A DNA stretch of 64,000 bases from Parasitella parasitica NRRL 2501 (lineage: Eukaryota; Fungi; Mucoromycota). Both the position numbers and the translations under genes were made by a program. Location: the NCBI GenBank assembly GCA_025201805.1, contig MU619241.1, positions 357,600 through 421,599 on the forward strand. Reading direction: 5' to 3'. A model generated the notes under the pieces. It was not told where the DNA came from. It saw only the letters and a list, made by a program, of their open reading frames with translations, and ran no database searches. Shown here in pieces: positions 53,779-64,000 of this stretch; position 1 is the first letter of the stretch, and each line of letters starts with the position of its first letter.

Positions 53779-55272
53779 TTTTTCTTTTTCTTAATCTTGA
53801 ATTCGCCAATCTTTTTTGTACATATCTAAAGTTCAATAAAAACAATCTATACAATTATAAAATCTGAAAAACCAAATTTGAAAGGAAAATTAAATCTCAT
53901 AAGTCTCATAATGCTCATAATGTTGTTGCTGATCATTGCTAGTATATTGATCTGCTAATTTGGGTTTATACTCTACATCTTCAAGATCTGAACCGGCCGA
54001 TGAACTCCAATGTATCTGACACTGTTTCATCTGTAACCGGCTTTCATTTGTATATTAAATTCATAAAAGGATTAAACAAAAATGTGTCAGTTTGTGATTT
54101 AATGACAGCAATAAATAGCCGTTCTCATTACAAAGCAAATCAAGATGACCTTATAATGCCAACATTATATTTTATCCAGCTTGAAACGGCCTTAACATGA
54201 CGAGGGTATGCCCGCAACAGTAGAAAAGATATTATAGAAAAAGGGGAGAAAAAGCAGAGGATAGTGGATCAGACACCATTTATGTCTTAATAGCAATATA
54301 TGCTATTGGAGTCACTTGCAAGTTTCAACAAAGTTGAGAAACACAATGTGTATAAATTATTGTATGTTGAGGAGACAAAGTACAGCTTAACATTGATAAA
54401 CAGTTGCGTTTGAGTCTACCGGATGCAGAAACATTCGTTTGGAACATAGACATTGTGCAAGGCCAATCTTGCAGCAAATACCTATAAAAGAGATGGACTA
54501 GAGTAATACTTTATGCCGCTATACAATTTCTACTCTGAAAATAAAAGGCAAATGGTGCAAGCGTAGTTGCCATGAAAATAGTACACAGAATGATGCAATG
54601 GCAAGTCTATTGGAACTGCTTTCTAAGCAGGCAGGCGGCGGCAAAGCACATTCAACTACCGACTCGTTATTTTCTCCAGATCGTTCGACATGCCATTTTT
54701 TTGATCTTCAAATCACATTTGGGTAGAGATCCCAACAAATTATTAATTTACTTTACAGAGCAATTAGTATATGTTTGTAGAATTTTTTATGCTGCATCTA
54801 ATGGTGCCATTTATTCGTAATTTTGTCACTAAAAATTCTCTGTAATTTTAATCTTTAGGAAATCTTGTTTTTCAGAGAAAACTCGCTCAGTTCATTAAGA
54901 AATCACAAACCAAGTTGCTTTGAGCAAATATTTGACAACTTTTGGCCATTTTGAGCTTAGAAACGCCTTATGAAAAAACTCGTTTTAAATGTCTCAAATT
55001 GGAAAAAGAGAAATTAGTCGATTTTTTATGAGTACTAGCAAGGGTGAAGAGGCCAATTTTTAATCGATTTTTTCATGGAAAAAAAAAACCAAGCTAAAAG
55101 TATAGCAAGATACTACATGGTGCCACAAATGTTTTAAGCCAACTTTGAGCTTCGTGAGAAGGCATCGAATGCATAAAATAATACTTTAAAAGTGGATGTT
55201 ATAGCTAAAATACAATATTTACACTTTGGCGAAGAAATTATTTAAATTTTTTAATTAACTGGGAAGATCAAG

Positions 55273-57617
55273 CTAATAATCATCCTTTAATCGCTTAGAT
55301 GCTTCGTGAATGGCCCGAGCAGCTCTTTCTTCAGCATAACGAGCTCGAGCATAATCTTTGGCATCAATCCCATCAGCAATTGCAGGGAAAACTTGAGAGG
55401 AGTAGCCGGTCCAAAGACCAGGCGCATAAACAACATGCTTGAACCAGCTACGGCCTTCGATGCCTTCAGAGTCAATAAAACCACGTTCAAAATAAATAAG
55501 GCGGTTGTTGGCTTTGTCTAAACGTTTTGATAACACGCTTGGGATATCATCGATAGATTTATATTCAGCAAGACGCTTTTCAAGACGCTGCCTCTTGCGT
55601 TCAAATCGACGGGTTGTCTTCTGTAGTTTATCAATTGCTCGTTCCAGCTCTGGAAACGTATGCGGTGCCGCCAAATCAGTCAATGTTTTAGCATATTTAC
55701 CAAGTTCAGAACTATAGTCAGATGGATAAAGAGGTATAATAGCGGAATCGGCAAGACGTAAAGTAAGCAAACCCCAAAGCTTGACGAGTGTTTGGTGATA
55801 CAAAAATTCAGGATCGCCAAATTTTTCCATCCAGTGGAAACTATCATAATTACTATGGTACACGCCATATTCACCGCCAAAACTCAACTCGATGCTAGCA
55901 ATGCCAACATGGTCTAGGAAACCAACAAAATCAGAACCAGACCCTAATTGTTCAATTTTAGGGCTTTCATTATTTGCAACTTTTTGATCTGCTCTCCATG
56001 CGTCGAAAACTGATTTGTCAGAGCGTGGATCATGGACATCCGAAGCTACATTGTAAAGAATTCGATTCAACGAAGGCGAGGCTTTAGCTGCAAAGTGAGG
56101 ACCAGAAACAGCAGTATCAACATTAATATAGACAGCTGCCTCCTTGTCAAGCCAATCCTTGTTATCCTCTACCCATTCCGTAGACCCAACAAGACCATAC
56201 TCCTCAGCATCCCAAGAAGCCAGCACAATAGTGCGCCTAGGACGCCATCCAGTCTTCAGTAGCTCNNNNNNNNNNNNNNNNNNNNNNNNNNNNNNNNNNN
56301 NNNNNNNNNNNNNNNNNNNNNNNNNNNNNNNNNNNNNNNNNNNNNNNNNNNNNNNNNNNNNNNNNNNNNNNNNNNNNNNNNNNNNNNNNNNNNNNNNNNN
56401 NNNNNNNNNNNNNNNNNNNNNNNNNNNNNNNNNNNNNNNNNNNNNNNNNNNNNNNNNNNNACCCAAACCTTGAGTGGCCTTGAGGATCGGCAATGCATCT
56501 TCCCAAGACAGAGGTAACGAGGGGATCTTGGCTAAAGCGGGGGAATCTTCGGGCTTGATACGGGTAGCGTTTTCTGTAGCAGCATATCCGGGAGTTAAAG
56601 GGTCCCCAGTAGCTAGAGATAGGTAGAGAACAGAGCCTCTTTGGGCCGAGCTTTTGGATCTCCAAGGTCCATTTGGATATGACTCGGCTGGATTTGTAGA
56701 GTTGTCCTTGTTTAATGGCCCATCATCGATGGGATCAGAGTAGATCAATGCACCGGCACAGCCAAAAATTTCTGCAACTCTAACCTTGAGGCCGCGGAAA
56801 TTGCCACCATAACGCATTAGAGCAATTGTACCATTTAAATCGATGCCCCGATCTTTCAAGAATTGAAAATCTTCCAGACGCCCGTAGTTTGCATAGACAA
56901 TACGCCCGTGCACAGTGCCGTTTTTGGAATAACCATGAAATGTGGGAACCACGTTAGGATCCTTACTAGTTTCATCTTCGTCTACAGGATCTTCAGTCAG
57001 TTTAGCTTCAAATCTCAGGTCCTCTGGTCCAGAAATAAGAGCCAAACGATGCGATATAGGATAGTTCAAGAGTGGCCAATAAGTGTCAATCTTTGCTTTC
57101 AGTCCAAAGCTTTCAAATTGATCACGAGTCCATTCGGCCTGCTTTTTGTCATTGGGAGTGCCTGCCAAGTGAGCTTCAGAGGTGTATGTTTTCAAATAAT
57201 CGCGAACGCTTTGATTGGAAGGCAGCTCGAGCATTATCTTTTCAGGATCTGTTAGTTTTGGAGGTGGGGCAGCTATGCAAACGTAAACAGCATGAATACA
57301 TCATGGAAGACTCATTAAAACAGCTTCGTTATATACTTGCCTGGTTTCTTCGTATGATGTTTATTCAGCCATAAACCAACAGTGACGCCAAGCAAAATCA
57401 GAGCTAACACGAGAGCTACGACAGTGGTGACAATGCGAAAAGTCGTCCTTCTTGCAGGCTCAACAGTGCCTCGCTCTCGATTTAGTAAAGGAGCGTTCTC
57501 GCTGTTGTCGCCATTCCACTTTTTATCAAACCATTTACGAGCTTGAGCCCAGCTTTGCTTGATGTCAACACCACTACTACCTTGGTCATTCGAGGGTAAT
57601 GAGATAGCCCTTGCCAT
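55273..57617 (-). CDS. M28 glutamate carboxypeptidase II / Vps70-like type II membrane protein, copy 1 (assembly gap inside)
   Basis: N-terminal TM helix; HLAGT, YANYGRLEDF, RYGGNFRGLKV, QRGSV, GDPLTPG, GWRPRRTIVLASWDAEEYGLVGSTEW, YINVD, GSGSDF, YHSNYDSFHWM, WFKHVVYAPG. Confidence 0.93.
56266..56460. other. Assembly gap (195 N) in M28 copy 1
   Basis: Run of n. Confidence 1.
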
Positions 57618-58037
57618 GACAATTTTGTTTTTGATAAGATAGATAGAAGAATTCAGATATTCATATGCAGCAAACAGAACCCACAGAAGGTATTCGGAGT
57701 TATCGTGCTTCAGAGATGTAAAAGACATTTGGATGACGAACATATTTGGCAATATGTGCCTAATATCAAATCGATTCTGCTAAAGAAAAGTAGCTATTTC
57801 TCCTTTTTGGTTTGTCCTCAAGTTCTGTAAACACTTTTTACAGAAGAAACCAAAATTACATCATATCAAAAATGCACAATACTGTATCCGTGTAATCTTT
57901 TTGATTTTGGTCTTTAAGTAACCCGGATTAATTGCTACTTGTCAAAAGGTCCGTGATTTTTCCGTTCTCAAGTGCTATATAAAAGCAATTGACAAATAAA
58001 ATACCGATTTTTTCAAACAGAACTAAAATAAATAGCA

Positions 58038-58757
58038 ATGTCCTTACCATCTGAATTATCCCTAGAGTACTCTTGGCCTACAGGTGAACGTGTTGAAAGC
58101 AACCAAGTTGATTCTTGGGAACTTAAAGCGTCTCGAAGAGCAATCCGAAACTTAAAGACTCTATTAGCTGGGCAGCCCATGTTAGACCTTATCCAAGACC
58201 AAATAGAAGAAGCCGATGCCTATTACAAGGATATCATTGAAAAGTCCAACGGTCAATATAAAGAATCCCGAATTGATCTTAAAGCAAAAGGAATCTCTTT
58301 GGCTCAATTTATGAAATGGTGGAAGGTTTGGATGATGGAAATGGTTAATCCGGAGATCAAGCAACAGGTCTTTCTCGATACGATGGTACCAGCACACCCC
58401 GAACATTATGCCCTTCCTCCAAATAAAGGTGGCATTGTTGAAACAATTGGAGAACATATTGCTCGTGTGCACATTCAGCCCTGTGCAAACCCTCCTGACT
58501 TTGTCAAAGCATATGGCGATCCTACGTACCAACATTTACCTGCCATTGGGACTCTTGAAGACGGGAGTATTTTGCTCTATATCTTGCAAGAAATTCGAGA
58601 CTCAAACGAAGGCTGTGATTTCCGCTTGCGACTCTTGTTTCCTGCTTCAGCCCCTCAAGTTTTCTTTGATGAACATGCTGAACATCTTGCTGTTGAATTC
58701 AGAAGCTTTATTAACACCGCATACAAATGGAATAAGAAGCAACCAGACACTAAATAA
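58038..58757 (+). CDS. Intronless 239-aa protein, putative PhlG/DAPG-hydrolase-like (Bet v1/START-fold) metalloenzyme
   Basis: Clean ATG ORF with TATATAAAA at 57976. Motif order GISLAQFMKWW...AHPEHY...IVETIG...IRDSNEGCDFRLRLLF...HLAVEF parallels the PhlG family as I recall it. Gene reality is high confidence; the family call is moderate. Confidence 0.6.
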   Translation: MSLPSELSLEYSWPTGERVESNQVDSWELKASRRAIRNLKTLLAGQPMLDLIQDQIEEADAYYKDIIEKSNGQYKESRIDLKAKGISLAQFMKWWKVWMMEMVNPEIKQQVFLDTMVPAHPEHYALPPNKGGIVETIGEHIARVHIQPCANPPDFVKAYGDPTYQHLPAIGTLEDGSILLYILQEIRDSNEGCDFRLRLLFPASAPQVFFDEHAEHLAVEFRSFINTAYKWNKKQPDTK

Positions 58758-59015
58758 TTAGTTTTTTTTTTTAAGATTATCAGTGTCAATCAAAGTATTT
58801 GTGGCAATTGAGTCAATTAAAGTAATGATTTACTTCGAAAAAGTTATAAAACCGTACAAAACATTAATGGAAGCTTCCTTGTTCCAAGTTGGTGAACGGA
58901 TCGGATAAAACGGATATATAGTATCCCGTTTCCGCCTTAAGTTTCATTTATACGAAAATGTATAAAAAAAGCATGGTTCACTTGAACTGCTCTTCATTTC
59001 ATTACAATTAAACAA

Positions 59016-60224
59016 ATGAATATCTTTAAATCATTTACAATAAATGGTGCTATCCGTCAAGCTTCCCGAAGCTCTGTTTTTCGAATATATCAGGTTTGAT
59101 TAAAATATAGAATAACAATCTAGTTTTATTTGCTCACATGCGCGACTTTGAAAAATGCAGGGAAAAGGATTGCGCACCGCACGTCAATATTCAACCCGAG
59201 ATGGAGTAAAGAAGAGCGGTTTAAGTAACGGTGTCTTATTAGGATTGCTAGGTACTGGGATTTTAGGTAGTATTGCTTATAACAGTCAAAGCGGCAAGAC
59301 CCACCCTTCTCAAGGACTAAATCCAGGGTCTGTCTTCAATTCGAAGGGCTTTGTGTCTCTTGAGGTAAGGATACATTAAAAGATATATACATATACTGTA
59401 TACATACTAATGCCATGCTATGATATGTACCCAGTTACGCGAAGTTCAACCTGTCAATCATAACACTAGTCTCTTCCGCTTTGCTCTCCCTGAAGGTCAC
59501 ATCTCTGGTCTCCCTACTGCATCCTGCGTTATTGCAAAGCACACATCAGGCAAGTTCTTCCCTATTATCCGTCCTTACACACCTGTTTCCAATGAAAAAG
59601 TAAGTTTGCATTTTCGGGGATCATCTCTACGCAACAGATTAACTTTATACAAAGGCTGTTGGTCATATTGACTTTATCATAAAAAAATACGAAGACGGAT
59701 CAATGACATCTATCATCCACAATATGAAGCCTGGTGATACTCTCGATTTTAAGGGTCCTATGCTCAAGTACGACTGGGAAAAGAATCAAAAGCAAAATGT
59801 GGGCATGATCGCTGGTGGTACTGGTATTACACCTATGCTGCAGTTAATTAGAAGAATATTCGATGAAGAATCCCCATATAAGAGTACCAAGGTGTCCTTG
59901 ATTTATGCAAATCAAACAGAACAAGACATTCTGTTGAAAAGTGAGCTAGATGAAATAGCCCAAAAGCATCCCGATCGCTTCAAAGTAGTGTATGCTTTAG
60001 ATAAAGCTCCGGAAAATTGGACAGGAATCACTGGATTTGTTGATAAGCAAGCACTCCAGGCACATTTGCCAGGCCCTCAAGATGAAGACTCCGTTATTTT
60101 TGTCTGCGGTCCCACTCCAATGGTCAAATCAATTGCAGGAGAAACTTTTCTAATGAGCCAAGGCAAATTTAGTGGCATCCTTAAAGAATTGGGATATTCT
60201 AACAAAAATGTATTTAAATTTTAA
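59016..60224 (+). CDS. NADH-cytochrome b5 reductase (Mcr1-like, probably mitochondrial), 3 introns
   Basis: NHNTSLFRFALP, IRPYTPVS, IKKYEDGSMT, KGP, MIAGGTGITPMLQ, LIYANQTEQDILL, VCGP, GILKELGY...VFKF; presequence plus TM helix. Confidence 0.94.
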
Positions 60225-60345
60225 AAGATAAATATAGTTAATGGTGTGTAATAATAATAATAACCAATGAAATAAAAAGCGTATATTGTAATATATGCAT
60301 CTGATTTATTCGTGAATTTTGCACAGTTTGAAAGCATGAAATGGT

Positions 60346-62748
60346 TTACCAATTCATTGTTTTTAGATTATTAGAGGTTTTTCCAATGGCCCAAATAGCT
60401 CTTTCCTCGGCATGATGAGCTTGTACATAATCCTTGGCTTCAATGCCATCAGCAATGGCAGGAAATACTTGAGATGCGTAGCCAGTCCAGAGTCCAGGAG
60501 CGAAAATGACATGCTTAAACCAGTCGCGACCTTTAATACCATCAGGATCGATGAAGCCACGTTCAAAGAAAGCGAGGCGATCGTTTACAGTAGCTAGTCG
60601 CTTAACCAAACCAGATGGTATGCTATCCAAAGACTTGTATTCAGCCAGACTATCTTCGAGATGCTGTCTTTGTCTTTCAAAATGACGTGTAATTTTTTGG
60701 AGTTTGCCAATAGCAATTTCCAGGTCAGGGAAAGTATGAGGAGCAGCCATGTCTGCAATTTCCGCAGCATATTTGACAATTTCAGCACTATAGTCAGTAA
60801 GGTAGATGGGCAAAACAGCAGAATCAGAAAGACGCAAAGTAAGTAAACCCCAAAGCTTCACAAGAGTTTGATGATAAAAGAAGCCTGGGTCACCAAACTT
60901 CTCCATCCAATGGAAACTATCATAATTGCTATGGTATACACCGTAATCGCCAACAAAAGCAAAGTTTATACTAGCAATACCAACATGATCCAAGAATGGA
61001 GCAAAGTCAGACCCTGATCCCAATCTTAAAACTTCCGGGCTTTCGTTATTTGTGAGCTTTTGGTCTAATTTCCATGCATCTAAAACTGATTTACCAGTGC
61101 GAGGATCGCTAATCTCTGATACAACGCTATAAAGAAGCCTATTCAAAGAAGGTGACGCTTGAGCTGCAAAGTGAGAACCAGAAACAGCAGTATCAACATT
61201 AATATAGACAGCTGCCTCCTTGTCAAGCCAATCCTTGTTATCCTCCACCCATTCCGTAGACCCAACAAGACCATACTCCTCAGCATCCCAAGAAGCCAGC
61301 ACAATAGTGCGCCTAGGACGCCATCCAGTCTTCAGTAGCTCNNNNNNNNNNNNNNNNNNNNNNNNNNNNNNNNNNNNNNNNNNNNNNNNNNNNNNNNNNN
61401 NNNNNNNNNNNNNNNNNNNNNNNNNNNNNNNNNNNNNNNNNNNNNNNNNNNNNNNNNNNNNNNNNNNNNNNNNNNNNNNNNNNNNNNNNNNNNNNNNNNN
61501 NNNNNNNNNNNNNNNNNNNNNNNNNNNNNNNNNNNNNNNNNNNNNNNNNNNNNNNNNNNNNNNNNNNNNNNCCGCCAGCCCAGTCTTTTTCGCCGCGAAC
61601 ACCCAAACCTTGAGTGGCCTTGAGGATCGGCAATGCATCTTCCCAAGACAGAGGTAACGAGGGGATTTTTGGAACACCGGGAGAATCTTCGTACTTGATG
61701 CGAGTAGCATTTTCTGTAGCAGGGTAACCAGGGGTCAAAGGATCACCAGCAATAATAGAGAAGAATTGGACAGATCCTCTTTGAGCAGAGCTTTTGGATC
61801 TCCAAGGTCCATCAGGGTAAGATTTAGAAGGATTCGAAGAATTATCCTTGTTCAATGGCCCATCGTCGATGGGATCAGAGTAAATCAATGCACCGGCACA
61901 GCCAAAAGTTTCAGCGGCTTTGACTTTAAGACCACGGAAATTGCCACCATAGCGCATTAGAGCAATTGTGCCATTTAAATCGATGCCTTGATCCTTCAAG
62001 AATTGAAAATCTTCCAGACGCCCGTAGTTTGCATAGACAATACGCCCGTGCACAGTGCCATTTTTGGAATAACCATGGAATAAAGGAACAACGTTAGGGT
62101 CTTTGCTAGTTTCATCTTCATCGACTGGATCTTCAGTCAGTTTGGCTTCAAATCTTAGATTTTTCGGTCCAGAAATAAGAGCCAAACGATGTGAAATGGG
62201 GTAGTTTAGCAAGGGCCAGTATGTATCTATCTTTGTTTCTAAGCCAAAGCTTTCAAATTGGTCTCGAGTCCATTCAGCTTGTTTTTTGTCAATGAGAGTG
62301 CCTGCTAAATGTGCCTTTGATGTGTATATCTTCAAATAATCACGGACGTTTTTGCTGGAAGGCATATCAAGCATAATCTTCTCGGCCTTTGTTAGTCCTG
62401 GAGGAGATTTGGGTGCTTGAATTGTAGAGAGAATGTAGCATGAATAATATGCACATTAGCATAAATAAGAGTCAACTTACTTGGCTCTTCTGCATGTTGC
62501 TTATTGTACCACAAACCAGCAGCAGCTCCCAATATAATGAAGGCAATGACAAGGGCTACAGCAGTACATGCTATCCGGAATGTTGTCTTTTTCGGTGGTT
62601 TGGCAGTGCGAAGGTCACGATTTATTAAGGGTGTATTCTCATCAGTCTCACCATTCAATCTTCTATCAAACCACAAACGGACTTGATTCAAATTTTGTTT
62701 TATTCTGCCGCTGCTTTCATCTGATGATAATGCAACAGACCCTACCAT
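60346..62748 (-). CDS. M28 glutamate carboxypeptidase II / Vps70-like protein, copy 2 (assembly gap inside)
   Basis: Same motifs and same single intron position after the TM exon as copy 1. Confidence 0.93.
61342..61571. other. Assembly gap (230 N) in M28 copy 2, at the homologous position
   Basis: Run of n. Confidence 1.
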
Positions 62749-64000
62749 TCCACAATGCGTATGTATAAGTAAAGAAAAAGAAGAGAATGAAGAGTAATGT
62801 AGATTCGAGTCGATTAGAGTCGATGAAGACTATTTATATGATGCTGTGGTACGGAGTTATGGTGTGTGAGACCATAGTAGTAATTGATCTACCATTCTCC
62901 CACCCACGGAGTATCTAAGTAGCATGTAGCCATTTATTATTTGGCTATGAAATATGAATATATGTACACAATAGGTAGCATAATATGTTGGTAGACACTA
63001 TAGTATTCATCCTTGGTAAATCCAAGATTAATGTATGCATTACAAACGTTGTGAAAATAGAGTTTAACATCGATATACGAAATGTTCAGCATCGGCGAAG
63101 TTTTTCCCCGAAATCTGTTATACTGATTAAGTTTCAAAGTAATCGCAGAAAGATTTTCAATATGAAGTCTATCTAAGCACTGCCAAAAAGCTTCGAACAA
63201 TCAACTTCTCAAACATCTATTCATGAAAGGCATGGTATCAATTTGTTGCGGATTTCAGGCATTAAGGAAATATGAGGTTATCTTGAATGATGTATGCTTT
63301 TGTTGTATTCAGCGAAGCATATTTATGCTGACAAACTGATATAATTGTATGGAAACATAGCTTTACTCTTGTTTTTTTGCTCACGTACTGTATATACTAT
63401 GGTACTTATTTTCACACGAATTAGTCATTTCTACTTTAAAGTTATTGATTTTATGCTATGTAGCACCCGCTTGTACCTCCTATTGCTGAACATTCAAGTT
63501 GAATACACAGATTATTGTAGTGAATTCAGTTTATTGATTTTGTTGCTACTTTGTGTAGCTAATAACTGCATGGAAAAATAAACTAGCTCATATTTCATAG
63601 CATTTTTATTTTTATTGTACTTGAACCAAATGCTGGTATCGCTCAACATTACTATAATGCCCTGATTAGTTGGCTTTTGTTTTATTAAGCAACTTTTTAG
63701 TTGACCTGTTATCAAGGGTCGCTTCAAAGAAATTTTTTTGTCTTTTCCTTTTGTATCATCATTAGATATCATTTGTTCTATACAGTTGACGAAACTAGGT
63801 TGGGCCAATGAAAATAAATTTTGGTCATTTCCAAATTGAGTTGGGACACGATTACAAAAATGGGTCACCAATACGAAAATGGGACAACAAGATGAAAATG
63901 GGACATGAGTACGAACATGGAGATAATGTTAGTATCTTTCAGAAGAGTCCGAATTGTTACAGCTTCTTACCTGCAATATCTTTAAGTTGCTGACTCACCG

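Noticed and set aside
61313-61710. Apparent frameshift in M28 copy 2
   Set aside because: The frame change falls across a 230-N gap whose length is only an estimate
63345-63993. Short ORFs at the window end
   Set aside because: Non-ATG starts, no motifs; probably decayed sequence, and truncated by the window

Overview
Eukaryotic, intron-rich, AT-rich fungal DNA. Gene content and short (about 50-90 nt) GT-AG introns fit a Mucorales (Mucor/Parasitella-like) draft assembly; the taxon is an inference. There are three N-gaps. About 22 protein-coding genes are recognisable: thioredoxin-PITH (partial), Ssu72, HMG-CoA lyase, a 2-TM hypothetical, NRDE2, an OPT/YSL transporter, a small ORF with PP1-docking-like motifs, a saccharopine-dehydrogenase-like oxidoreductase, CCT3, peptidyl-tRNA hydrolase, a CRAL-TRIO protein, an arrestin-like protein, a DHHC palmitoyltransferase, a C2H2 protein, URB1/Npa1, a Whi5-like repressor, a tyrosine phosphatase, a Medusa/MedA-like regulator, two M28 (GCPII/Vps70-like) paralogues, an intronless PhlG/DAPG-hydrolase-like gene and an NADH-cytochrome b5 reductase. 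Mobile or repetitive DNA comprises a Ty3/Gypsy gag-protease relic, a Helitron Rep relic and a non-coding ~1.14-kb direct repeat (period ~1.49 kb) containing many dyad-symmetric units. The most interesting signals are: (1) the intronless PhlG-like metallohydrolase candidate plus a flavoreductase nested between gene-converted M28 paralogues, with shared TCCGT/ACGGA promoter motifs (possible acquired detoxification cassette); (2) the structured non-coding duplication; (3) a phosphatase whose rhodanese exon has decayed while the catalytic exons are intact; (4) a putative 68-aa PP1 regulator. All family calls come from motif recognition by eye, with no database search. Exon boundaries were read manually and may be off by a few bases.
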